Below, piece by piece: positions 54,750-64,000 of a DNA stretch of 64,000 nt. The first letter of the stretch is position 1. The number at the start of each line of letters is the position of its first letter. A program made the translations under genes and the position numbers. The notes beneath the pieces are model-generated. The model was given only the letters and a program-made list of their open reading frames with translations, made no database searches and was not told the DNA's origin. The stretch spans positions 832,001 through 896,000 of the forward strand of contig OZ250183.1 in the NCBI GenBank assembly GCA_965238225.1, given 5' to 3'. The DNA is from Gammaproteobacteria bacterium (GTDB lineage: Bacteria > Pseudomonadota > Gammaproteobacteria > Eutrophobiales > Eutrophobiaceae).

Positions 54750-56012
54750 GTGTCTTTTGTGGTTACAAATTTTGTAAAATATATTTGTTTGTTTTTATTG
54801 ACTGGCCTATCAATTGAATCAATCGCCTATGAACTTACTTTAATTGAAGCAGAACAGATTGCGTTAGATCTTGATTTTTTAACCGAAAGATATAATGCCC
54901 GATCAGAGAGTCTAAAAGAACGCGCTGTAGCTGATGGACAATTACCTGATCCTGAACTGAGTTTTGGTCTTGCCGAACTCCCACTGAATAATTTTAACCT
55001 TAATCAACACGAAGATACCGAAGTTCGATTAGGTATTAGTCAGGTTATACCTCCTGGTGATACCTTGAAATATCGAGCAGAACGTATGATTTCAATGGCT
55101 GATGTAGAGCAAGCACGCATGTTTAACCGCCGTTTACTTGTTCTAAGTAGTGTACGCACTGCATTTGTTGAACTTTATTTTCAGCGAGAGATAAGTAAGT
55201 TACTTGAATTAAATCGTGAATTGTTTACTGAAATGGCTGATATTACGGAAAGACAATATGCTGAAGGTCGAGACAATCAATATGATGTATTAAGAGCGCA
55301 ATTGGAATTATCTCTTATTGAAGATCGAATAGAAGAAACGAAAGGCATGATTAGCGTAGCACGTGCAGAACTGTCTGAATGGATTCAACAGGAAAATGCA
55401 ACAAGAAAAATATCACTTAATCCTCCAAAAATAACCGCAATAGAAGCAAAGCATTCTGTCATAAAAAATCTTCATTACCACCCCTTGTTAGCCATCGAAA
55501 ATGCTAATATTGAAGTTGCAAAGAAATCAGTTGCTATTGCAGAAGAGCAATATAAACCAAAATGGATGATAGATTTTATGGTCACTGAGAATACCGCCAG
55601 TGTATTTGATTTGCAAACTGGTCCTGATTTTGCCGGTGTATTTTTCAGACTATCATTACCTCTCTTTGCAGGCAAACGTCAGGATAAAGTATTACTTGCA
55701 AATAAAAATGAAGAACAGGCGCTACGATTTAATCGTTCGGATCGATTACGGGAACTAGTTAGACAGATTGAAACAGAGTTCGCGAATCTAAAGAAATTTA
55801 AACGTAGATTAGATCTTTATGAACAGCGAGCAATAGTAGAAGCAACTCAAATTCAGGATGCTGCTTTCAGTGCTTATCAAAATGATCTTGCTGACTTTGA
55901 GACATTAGTTCGAACAGGCGTGCTCACGTTGGATACTCAATTGGGGATGTTAAATATTCAAAAACAATATTATAAGAGTAAAATTAATTTATTATATCTT
56001 TCTGGAAAGTAA
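54750..56012 (+). CDS. TolC-family outer membrane efflux protein (CusC-like)
   Basis: ADGQLPDPEL, Q.IP.G, LSLPLF. First gene of an RND triplet. Confidence 0.88.
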   Translation: MSFVVTNFVKYICLFLLTGLSIESIAYELTLIEAEQIALDLDFLTERYNARSESLKERAVADGQLPDPELSFGLAELPLNNFNLNQHEDTEVRLGISQVIPPGDTLKYRAERMISMADVEQARMFNRRLLVLSSVRTAFVELYFQREISKLLELNRELFTEMADITERQYAEGRDNQYDVLRAQLELSLIEDRIEETKGMISVARAELSEWIQQENATRKISLNPPKITAIEAKHSVIKNLHYHPLLAIENANIEVAKKSVAIAEEQYKPKWMIDFMVTENTASVFDLQTGPDFAGVFFRLSLPLFAGKRQDKVLLANKNEEQALRFNRSDRLRELVRQIETEFANLKKFKRRLDLYEQRAIVEATQIQDAAFSAYQNDLADFETLVRTGVLTLDTQLGMLNIQKQYYKSKINLLYLSGK

Positions 56013-56014
56013 CT

Positions 56015-57280
56015 ATGAATCGTAAATTTATAGCAGGTTTGTTATTTCTAGTTATTGCTGTCTTTTCATTGGGGATATGGTTTGGTTGGTATGAAAGCAT
56101 GTTGTCAGAAAGTGAACTGGCAATGGAAGATATGAACAATGAAAATGAAGAAACTAAGCTTAAAATACTTTTTTATAGACACCCCATGAATCCAAGTATC
56201 ACTTCTGATACTCCACAAAAGGGTAGCATGGGAATGGATTTTATCCCTATTTATGAAAATGATAACAGTGATTTAACAGGTGTTACTATTTCTCCAGAAG
56301 TCATAAATAACCTTGGTGTGCGTGCGACTAAAGTAAAACGAAGGACATTATATCGTCGTATCAACACGGTTGGTTACATCAGCCAAAATGAATCATTAAT
56401 TGGTCACGTACACTTAAGAACAGAGGGTTGGGTTGAGAGTCTTACTGTAGATACGGTGGGCGATCATGTTAAAAAAGGACAGATTTTATTTACGCTCTAT
56501 TCGCCTACATTGGTAAATGCACAGGAAGAATATTTAAAAGCTTTAGAACATAACAATAGGCGATTGATTAATTCTTCTAAACATAAATTGAGGTCATTAG
56601 GAGTATCTTCTTCACAAATTAATAAGCTCACTCAAACCCGTGAAGTTAAACAGACGATTAGTATATTTGCACATCATGATGGTGTAGTGACTAATTTAAT
56701 GATCCGGGAAGGTATGTATGTTGAACCTTCTACTGAAACTATATCGACAGTTGATTTGAGTAATGTGTGGTTGTTGGCAGAAGTGTTTGAACAGCAGGCG
56801 GCATGGATAAATGTAGGTCAAGAAGCTATTTCCACTATTCCGTCATTACCTGGTAGAGAATGGATAGGTGTGATTGATTATATCTATCCGATTCTTGATC
56901 CAGTCACGCGAGCATTAAAAATAAGGCTTAAGTTCGATAATCCAGATGAAATTTTAAAACCTAACATGTTCGCCCACGTTAAGATTTATTCCAACCCGCG
57001 TGAAAATATTCTAATTATACCACGAGCATCCATTATCCGTGATGGCAGTAGTGAGCGAGTGGTTATAGCAGAAGGTAACGGAAAATTTTCTCAACGGCAG
57101 ATAGAAACGGGAATAGAGAGCGACGATATGGTTGAGATTGTAAAAGGTCTTGAAGAGGGAGAAGAGGTTGTTGTCTCTGCACAATTTCTTCTTGATTCGG
57201 AAGCGAGCATAAATGCTAGTTTCCAACGGATGCAACCAATGGAAAATGAATCAGCATCTTCAATGAAGATAACACCGTGA
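56015..57280 (+). CDS. cusB: CusB-like periplasmic adaptor
   Basis: YRHPMNP...GSMGMDFIP metal-binding motif, YSPTLVNAQEE, LKPNMFA, SAQFLLDSE. Confidence 0.9.
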   Translation: MNRKFIAGLLFLVIAVFSLGIWFGWYESMLSESELAMEDMNNENEETKLKILFYRHPMNPSITSDTPQKGSMGMDFIPIYENDNSDLTGVTISPEVINNLGVRATKVKRRTLYRRINTVGYISQNESLIGHVHLRTEGWVESLTVDTVGDHVKKGQILFTLYSPTLVNAQEEYLKALEHNNRRLINSSKHKLRSLGVSSSQINKLTQTREVKQTISIFAHHDGVVTNLMIREGMYVEPSTETISTVDLSNVWLLAEVFEQQAAWINVGQEAISTIPSLPGREWIGVIDYIYPILDPVTRALKIRLKFDNPDEILKPNMFAHVKIYSNPRENILIIPRASIIRDGSSERVVIAEGNGKFSQRQIETGIESDDMVEIVKGLEEGEEVVVSAQFLLDSEASINASFQRMQPMENESASSMKITP

Positions 57281-60200
57281 TAGAACGATTAATTCAATGG
57301 TCGCTTGATAATCGTTTCTTGGTTTTAGTGGTTTCTGCAATGTTGTATGTTGGTGGTATCTATACCATAAAAAAAACGCCAGTTGATGCCATACCCGATC
57401 TTTCTGATGTGCAAGTGATTGTTAAAACAGTGTGGCCAGGTCAGGCACCACAAGTTATCGAGGATCAAGTCACTTACCCATTAACGACAGCATTATTATC
57501 GGTTCCGGGAGCAAAAACAGTGCGTGGTTTTTCAAATTTTGGCGATTCTTATGTGTATGTCATCTTTGAAGACGGCACAGATTTATATTGGGCGCGCTCA
57601 CGTGTGCTTGAATATCTCAGTCAGGTAACACCATTTCTACCGCCTGAGGCAAGACCTGCATTAGGTCCCGATGCGACGGGTGTCGGTTGGGTATATAACT
57701 ATGCGTTGATTGATCGAAAAAACAAACATGATTTATCTCAACTCCGTTCAATACAGGATTGGTTTTTAAAATATGAGCTACAAGCTGTGGCAGGCGTGTC
57801 TGAAGTAGCTACGGTAGGAGGATACGTTAAACAGTATCAAGTTGTGGTTGATCCAGATCGTCTTCATGCCTATAACTTAACGTTGAATCAAGTTCGTAAT
57901 GCAATCCAAAATGGGAATATGGAAGATAGTGGTTCAGTCATTGAATTAGCTGAAGCGGAATACGTTATCCGGTCTACAGGTTATGTAAAGGGGGTTGAAG
58001 AACTTAACGCGATTCCGCTTAGCGTGAATGCTAACGGGATACCGATATTATTAAAAGATGTAGCTCAGATACAAATTGGGCCTGATAAACGTCGGGGTAT
58101 TGCAGAGTTAGACGGGGAAGGTGAAGTAGTTGGAGGAATCGTTATTATGCGCTTTGGTGAAAATGCCAAGAAAACCATTGCCTCAGTCAAAAAACGATTA
58201 AATGAACTTAAACTCAGCTTGCCTGATGGGGTTGAGATTGTTGAGACTTATGATCGTTCTTCCTTAATCGATCGATCTATTTCGACGTTGACTCATCGCT
58301 TGATAGAGGAATTTATAATTGTTGCAATCATTTGTGCTCTATTTCTTTTTCATTTACGTTCTTCGCTCGTTATCATTGTTAGCTTACCACTTGGTATTAT
58401 TGTCGCATTTTCAGTCATGTTCGCGCAAGGGATAGATGCCAATATCATGTCTTTGGGCGGTATCGTCATTGCTGTAGGTGCCATGGTTGATGCAGCCATA
58501 GTCATGATTGAAAACTTTCATAAACATTTGGAACATGCTGGAAATGTGATAACAGATCGTTGGAAATTTGTGATGGACTCTGTGCGAGAAGTCGGACCTG
58601 CTTTATTTTTTTCATTATTAATCATTACTGTCAGTTTCTTACCAATCTTTGTACTTGAAGATCAAGAAGGGCGTTTTTTTAAACCATTAGCATTTACAAA
58701 AACCTACGCTATGGCGGCGGCGGCAGGATTATCCGTAACTCTAGTCCCCATTTTAATGGGACTTTTCATACGCGGTGAAGTTATACATGAAAATAAAAAC
58801 CCGATTAGCCGATTGTTAATGATTATATACAAACCATTTATTACATTAGCGCTTGGTTTCCCGCGCACAATTATCTTTATAGCTATAGTTATAACAATAA
58901 TAGGTGTATGGCCAGCACAACATCTTGGCAGTGAGTTCATGCCAGAATTTGATGAAGGGGATTTGATGTATATGCCGACAACACTACCGGCATTATCAAT
59001 TGGTAAAGCACAACAAATATTACAACAAACTGATAAATTAATTCGTACCGTTCCTGAAGTGGAGCATGTCTTCGGAAAGATTGGTAGGGCTGATACTGCA
59101 ACCGATCCTGCGCCATTATCCATGATTGAAACGTTGGTTAAGTTGAAGGACAGAAGTGAATGGCGCGTGGGCATGACACCTGAAAAGTTACGACGTGAAT
59201 TAGATCAACTTGTGAAGTTACCTGGTTTGACAAATGCTTGGGTCATGCCGATTAAGACACGTATCGACATGATTGCGACAGGAATCAAAACACCTGTAGG
59301 TATTAAAATTGCCGGTCCTGATTTAAACGTCATTCAGGAACTCGGTCAACAAATCGAACAGGTCATGCAAGATATTCCAGGCACAGCATCGGTTTATGCC
59401 GAACGTGTCTCTGGGGGTCGTTATATCACAATAGATATAAATAGACTGGAAGCATCACGATTGGGTTTGAACATCAATGATGTTCAGGAGATAGTCAACA
59501 CTGCTGTGGGCGGTAAGAATATCACTTGGACAGTTGAAGGGTTGGAACGTTATCCTATTAATTTACGTTATCCTCGTCATATCAGGGATTCTGTCGAGAA
59601 CCTGAAGATGCTTCCCGTTATTACACCTTCGGGTGCGCGCATTCCATTGAACCAGATCGCGGATATACGAATTGAAGATGGCCCACAAATGATAAAAAGT
59701 GAAAACGCCCGGTTAAATGGCTGGATATTTGTTGATATTGTCGATCGTGATTTGGGTAGTTATGTTGACGAAGCCAAACGAAAAATTTCAGAGACAACTA
59801 TATTGCCTCCAGGATATTCATTGACATGGTCTGGACAGTACGAATATCTGCAACGAGCAAAAGAACGGTTGAGTGTTATCGTGCCGTTAACCCTTGCGTT
59901 AATTGGTTTACTCTTGTTTATATATTTTAAAAATATTATAGAAACCGCGATCATCTTGGGATCATTACCGTTTGCCCTAGTAGGGGGAATATGGATATTA
60001 TATATCTTAGATTTTAATTTGTCAGTCGCCGTGGTTGTCGGCTTTATCGCCCTTGCAGGTGTCGCTGTTCAAACCGGTATTGTCATGTTAGTATTTCTTG
60101 ATAATTCATTCGAAAAATATAGTCAGAAAGCCAAAAACGAAAATCGACCTCTTACTTATTCAGAAATGAAAGAAGCGATCATAGAAGGTGCACTTTTACG

Positions 60201-60411
60201 TGTACGTCCAAAGATAATGACTGTTTCTGCAATTATTGGAGGGCTGCTTCCAGTTATGTTTGGAACGGGCACTGGATCTGATGTGATGGTTAGAATCGCA
60301 GCACCAATGGTAGGTGGAATGTTAACCGCAACAATCTTAACATTAATTGTTATCCCCGCTGTGTATCTTGTATGGAAAAGACAACTTCTGCCAAATCATT
60401 CTATGCAGTAG
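57277..60411 (+). CDS. cusA: CusA-type Cu(I)/Ag(I) heavy-metal RND transporter
   Basis: DAIPDLSDVQV, LGPDATGVGW, GAMVDAAIVMIEN. Met triad equivalents in YMPTT, PLSMIE and RIDM. Confidence 0.95.
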   Translation: MIERLIQWSLDNRFLVLVVSAMLYVGGIYTIKKTPVDAIPDLSDVQVIVKTVWPGQAPQVIEDQVTYPLTTALLSVPGAKTVRGFSNFGDSYVYVIFEDGTDLYWARSRVLEYLSQVTPFLPPEARPALGPDATGVGWVYNYALIDRKNKHDLSQLRSIQDWFLKYELQAVAGVSEVATVGGYVKQYQVVVDPDRLHAYNLTLNQVRNAIQNGNMEDSGSVIELAEAEYVIRSTGYVKGVEELNAIPLSVNANGIPILLKDVAQIQIGPDKRRGIAELDGEGEVVGGIVIMRFGENAKKTIASVKKRLNELKLSLPDGVEIVETYDRSSLIDRSISTLTHRLIEEFIIVAIICALFLFHLRSSLVIIVSLPLGIIVAFSVMFAQGIDANIMSLGGIVIAVGAMVDAAIVMIENFHKHLEHAGNVITDRWKFVMDSVREVGPALFFSLLIITVSFLPIFVLEDQEGRFFKPLAFTKTYAMAAAAGLSVTLVPILMGLFIRGEVIHENKNPISRLLMIIYKPFITLALGFPRTIIFIAIVITIIGVWPAQHLGSEFMPEFDEGDLMYMPTTLPALSIGKAQQILQQTDKLIRTVPEVEHVFGKIGRADTATDPAPLSMIETLVKLKDRSEWRVGMTPEKLRRELDQLVKLPGLTNAWVMPIKTRIDMIATGIKTPVGIKIAGPDLNVIQELGQQIEQVMQDIPGTASVYAERVSGGRYITIDINRLEASRLGLNINDVQEIVNTAVGGKNITWTVEGLERYPINLRYPRHIRDSVENLKMLPVITPSGARIPLNQIADIRIEDGPQMIKSENARLNGWIFVDIVDRDLGSYVDEAKRKISETTILPPGYSLTWSGQYEYLQRAKERLSVIVPLTLALIGLLLFIYFKNIIETAIILGSLPFALVGGIWILYILDFNLSVAVVVGFIALAGVAVQTGIVMLVFLDNSFEKYSQKAKNENRPLTYSEMKEAIIEGALLRVRPKIMTVSAIIGGLLPVMFGTGTGSDVMVRIAAPMVGGMLTATILTLIVIPAVYLVWKRQLLPNHSMQ

Positions 60412-60885
60412 GTATAAAAAAATAGATTTGTTGAAGAATTACAAAGAAAGAAAAGCAAAATCATTCGTACCTCAACCGGCTAACGCAACACATACATTAA
60501 ACTTACCCGCAAGGTTTTTATTGATATCAATAGTTTGATTTATACGTAATTATACTTGAAGACATTGAAAAACCCCGTAATACTGGGATTTTTTGGTCTT
60601 CCCTAGACGGTTATTGGAAGATGAAATGGAGAGTTGGCGGTGACAGACGAATGGATGGCGTAACTGTATGGTATATACGTTAAATAACAATTGTTCGCTT
60701 ACCAGTTGTCCCAAAAGATGTTCCCGTATTTCATTTTCTCGATGTAAATTAGTTACTGAATGAAGACCTCTTTGTGCTGAAAGTGGACGTTGTGTACAAT
60801 AATATTGTTCAGGTTTAACAGATGTATAGTAAGATATTATTAATTTGAAAAAATAATTTATCTATCGCTAAAAGAATTTTTATGA

Positions 60886-61527
60886 ATGAAAAGCACCAAC
60901 AACAATATGAATGCTAAATTGAGTGCTGAAAATATTTCGTATGAGATTGACGATGAGTTGATCCTTTATGATCTGAAATTCACTTTAGCCTCCGGGCAGG
61001 CGCTGATTGTTGGAGGTAGTAATGGGAGCGGAAAAACTACCTTATTACGTATATTATGCGGCCTTATACAGGCGGATACAGGGAATGTCATCTGGAATGG
61101 TGATGCTATCGAGAAAGTTAGGTTAGAGTATTATCAACAACTTACTTTTATAGGGCATACAACCGGAATAAAAAAAGAACTTACAACGCTCGAGAATATT
61201 CGATTTTTTTCTGCAATCTCTGGTTTACCAGTAAGACAGAATTTTCAAACAGCTATTGATTTCGTTGGACTTACTGGTCTTGAAAATAAAGCAGGAGGAT
61301 GTTTATCTTTTGGCCAGCAACGACGTATTGCATTATCTCGGCTTATTACTGATTCCTCTACTATTTGGATATTAGACGAGCCATTCTCAGGTCTCGACAT
61401 AATGATGATTAAAACTCTACAAGCATGCTTTGTGGAACATGTAAGTAACGGGGGAATTCTAATATTCGCCAGTCATCAGCATCTCGATCTAAAACAGATA
61501 GATACAGTAAATATACAACTGGATTAA
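60886..61527 (+). CDS. ccmA: Heme exporter ATP-binding protein
   Basis: GSNGSGKTTLLR, LSFGQQRR, WILDEPF. Confidence 0.93.
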   Translation: MKSTNNNMNAKLSAENISYEIDDELILYDLKFTLASGQALIVGGSNGSGKTTLLRILCGLIQADTGNVIWNGDAIEKVRLEYYQQLTFIGHTTGIKKELTTLENIRFFSAISGLPVRQNFQTAIDFVGLTGLENKAGGCLSFGQQRRIALSRLITDSSTIWILDEPFSGLDIMMIKTLQACFVEHVSNGGILIFASHQHLDLKQIDTVNIQLD

Positions 61528-61534
61528 GAAAAAG

Positions 61535-62215
61535 ATGGAATTCACAAATGCTTTCTCAGCTATGTTGATTCACGATCTGTTGATTTCATTTCGTCAGCGA
61601 TCAGAAATCATGTTGCCAGTATTATTCTTTATTGTAGTTGTCAGTTTGTTTCCGTTAGCGATAAGTCCAGATCCAGTTGTTCTAAAAAATATTGGTCCAG
61701 GAGTTATATGGATAGCAGCATTATTGTCAATTCTTTTATCTTTACAAAATATCTTTCGATCAGATTTTGACGATGGCTTTATGGATCAGATTTTGTTGAG
61801 TCCATATCCTGCTCCTTTGATCGTTCTTGCTAGATTATTAGCGCAGTGGTGTGCTATCGGTTTGCCATTGATTTTAGTGTCGCCTTTACTGGGGGTATTA
61901 TTGCACTTTGATTCATCTGTAATACTGGTTTTATTCATTTCTTTATTATTGGGTATCCCATGCCTTAATATGGTTGGTGCAATTGGTGCAGCATTGACCA
62001 CAGGCTTGCGTCAGGCGAGCGCTTTATTGTCTTTGCTCGTATTACCTCTATATGTTCCGGTATTAATATTTGGCAGTAACGCCGTTATCTTCGCATCAAA
62101 GAACTTACCCTATAACGGGCAATTATTATGGTTAGCTGCATTTCTTGTGTTGTCATTGACATTGGCTCCAATTGTAATTAGCGCATCTCTTAGAGTATCC
62201 TGTAATTATAGGTAG
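61535..62215 (+). CDS. ccmB: Heme exporter permease
   Basis: LFPLA, PGVIW, FRSDFDDG, LVLPLYVPVLIFG. Confidence 0.95.
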   Translation: MEFTNAFSAMLIHDLLISFRQRSEIMLPVLFFIVVVSLFPLAISPDPVVLKNIGPGVIWIAALLSILLSLQNIFRSDFDDGFMDQILLSPYPAPLIVLARLLAQWCAIGLPLILVSPLLGVLLHFDSSVILVLFISLLLGIPCLNMVGAIGAALTTGLRQASALLSLLVLPLYVPVLIFGSNAVIFASKNLPYNGQLLWLAAFLVLSLTLAPIVISASLRVSCNYR

Positions 62216-62269
62216 ATGTTAGAGATACATCTTTAATTATTTTTAGCACATCAAGAGAAATAGTACGGC

Positions 62270-63025
62270 ATGACTAATAGAGATAATGTCTGGCAGTGGT
62301 TTCACCGCATGGCATCACTGGCTTATTATTTCAATTTAGCAGGAAAACTTTTACCATGGTGTATTACGTTAACGGTAATATTTTTGGTGCTTGGGTTAAT
62401 AGGTGGTTTGCATTATGCACCACCTGATTACCAGCAAGGTGATGTCTTCAGAATTATTTATGTTCATGTTCCATCCGCATGGTTGTCTATGTTTATCTAC
62501 ATGGTTATAGCTATTAACAGTGCTATTTTCCTTGTTTGGCATATAAAATTATCTGACATCGTTGCGCGATCAAGTGCAATAATTGGTGCTTCATTTACTT
62601 TTCTTGCATTGGTAACTGGTTCAATCTGGGGGAAACCAATGTGGGGAACATGGTGGATATGGGATGCCCGGCTAACTTCTGAGCTGTTACTGTTTTTTTT
62701 ATATCTTGGTTATATCGGCTTACGGTCTGCGATAGACGATCGTCGTGTGGCAGGTCGTGCATCCTCTATATTGGCGCTGGTAGGAGCAATTAATATACCG
62801 ATAATTCATTATTCTGTAACATGGTGGAATACTTTACATCAGTCTGCCAGTATTTCTAAATTAGGAATCCCATCGATCCATATAAGCATGTTGGTTCCTT
62901 TATTGTGTATGGCAATGGCGTTCAATTTATTTTACCTTTGGACGCTTCTGATAAATTCACGACGTGAGATATTAGAACAGGAAAAACATAGCCAATGGGT
63001 TAAAGAACTAATGACCATATCATGA
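62270..63025 (+). CDS. ccmC: Heme exporter protein C
   Basis: YVHVP, WGKPMWGTWWIWDARLT, WWNTLHQ. Confidence 0.97.
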   Translation: MTNRDNVWQWFHRMASLAYYFNLAGKLLPWCITLTVIFLVLGLIGGLHYAPPDYQQGDVFRIIYVHVPSAWLSMFIYMVIAINSAIFLVWHIKLSDIVARSSAIIGASFTFLALVTGSIWGKPMWGTWWIWDARLTSELLLFFLYLGYIGLRSAIDDRRVAGRASSILALVGAINIPIIHYSVTWWNTLHQSASISKLGIPSIHISMLVPLLCMAMAFNLFYLWTLLINSRREILEQEKHSQWVKELMTIS

Positions 63026-63183
63026 TTAATTTCTTGGAAATGGGTGGTTATGCGAGTTATGTATGGCCATCTTACGGGATTGTTGCAGTTGTAATGTCTC
63101 TTAATATTTATTATTCGTATAAACGTTATAATATTATGTTGCATCGTTTAAAAGAAATGCATGCTTCAACTGAGGATATATGA
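63022..63183 (+). CDS. ccmD: Heme exporter protein D (not in ORF track)
   Basis: MINFLEMGGYASYVWPSYG..., 53 aa, overlapping the ccmC stop and ccmE start. Confidence 0.9.
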   Translation: MINFLEMGGYASYVWPSYGIVAVVMSLNIYYSYKRYNIMLHRLKEMHASTEDI

Positions 63184-63620
63184 GCCCTAAACAAAAACAG
63201 CGTTTTATTATGGTCAGTTTGTTAATTTCAGGATTGGCGGTCGGCATCGGATTAGTATTGGTTGCCTTGAATGAGAATATAAATTTGTTTTTTACACCGA
63301 CGCAAGTTGTAACAGGGCAGGCACCACAAGAACAACGATTTAGAATTGGAGGGCTTGTGGTGCCTGATAGCGTAGATAAATTTGAAGGCGAACTAACAAT
63401 TCGATTCAAATTAACCGACACATCTGAAGATGTGCAGATTGAATACGCAGGAATCCTGCCGGATCTTTTTAGAGAAGGACAAGGTATCGTAGTCGAAGGT
63501 ATTTTAGATGATGCAGGAGTATTTATTGCCGATCAAGTTTTGGCTAAACATGATGAAAACTATATGCCGCCAGAAGCAGAGCTCGCTTTGAGAAAAAGTG
63601 GAAGTCAATACTATAAATAA
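63180..63620 (+). CDS. ccmE: Cytochrome c maturation heme chaperone
   Basis: LFFTPT, RIGGLV, LPDLFREGQG, LAKHDENY. Confidence 0.97.
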   Translation: MSPKQKQRFIMVSLLISGLAVGIGLVLVALNENINLFFTPTQVVTGQAPQEQRFRIGGLVVPDSVDKFEGELTIRFKLTDTSEDVQIEYAGILPDLFREGQGIVVEGILDDAGVFIADQVLAKHDENYMPPEAELALRKSGSQYYK

Positions 63621-63629
63621 GAACGAACA

Positions 63630-64000
63630 ATGATTCCTGAAATAGGAAATCTAGCTTTAATACTCGCCTTGGCCGTGACCATGGTTCAAGCAATCGTTCC
63701 AGGGATGGGCATGCTGAATCAACGAATAGACTGGATGGCAATAGCAAAACCTGCAGCCTTGGTGCAATTCTTTCTGGTACTTACAGCATATGTAATCTTG
63801 ACTTATTCTTTTATCGTTCATGATTTTTCTGTGCTGTATGTCGCCAACACTTCAAATTTAGAATTACCTTTAATTTATCGAATTTCAGGAGTATGGGGCG
63901 CGCATGAAGGCTCTTTGCTGTTATGGGTCTTAATACTCAGTACATGGACAGTCGTTTTCGCAGTCTATAGTAAACGTTATACACATGATATGAGTGCTGG
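63630..64000 (+). CDS. ccmF: Cytochrome c heme lyase, runs off the window end
   Basis: MIPEIG..., DFSVLYVA, GVWGAHEGSLLLW. Confidence 0.93.
   Translation, partial: MIPEIGNLALILALAVTMVQAIVPGMGMLNQRIDWMAIAKPAALVQFFLVLTAYVILTYSFIVHDFSVLYVANTSNLELPLIYRISGVWGAHEGSLLLWVLILSTWTVVFAVYSKRYTHDMSA

Overview
Chromosomal region of an AT-rich gammaproteobacterium with many decaying genes, possibly host-associated. The most unusual feature is the rRNA locus. Its 16S-23S spacer is about 2.6 kb and carries, all on the rRNA strand, an orphan ORF, tRNA-Ile, an intact lipid A acyltransferase (LpxL family), a second stable-RNA-type promoter and tRNA-Ala. BoxA sites and processing stems remain recognisable. Downstream is a cluster of SPL-like radical SAM, nucleosidase-like, GT2, atypical SDR and apt genes, interrupted by integron-cassette remnants without an integrase (RDD cassette, one full attC, decayed mazEF). 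Housekeeping blocks follow: aas-mltD-rnhA-dnaQ, grxD, argD-argF-surE-pcm-nlpD, adk, dapD, and leuB-asd-fimV-truA-trpFBA-accD-folC-dedD-cvpA-purF-metZ, with a SAM-II riboswitch before metZ. The window also holds a Lys/Arg-rich histone-H1-like gene, a FimV with nested near-perfect repeats, a serine-cycle cluster (sga, mcl, mtkAB, hydroxypyruvate/glyoxylate reductase) with a broken ppc, a Cus-type RND efflux system and ccmABCDEF. Pseudogenes are lpxO, mazEF, a GGDEF gene, dapC and ppc, plus a possible rpoS trace. All assignments come from reading motifs by eye; no database searches were run.
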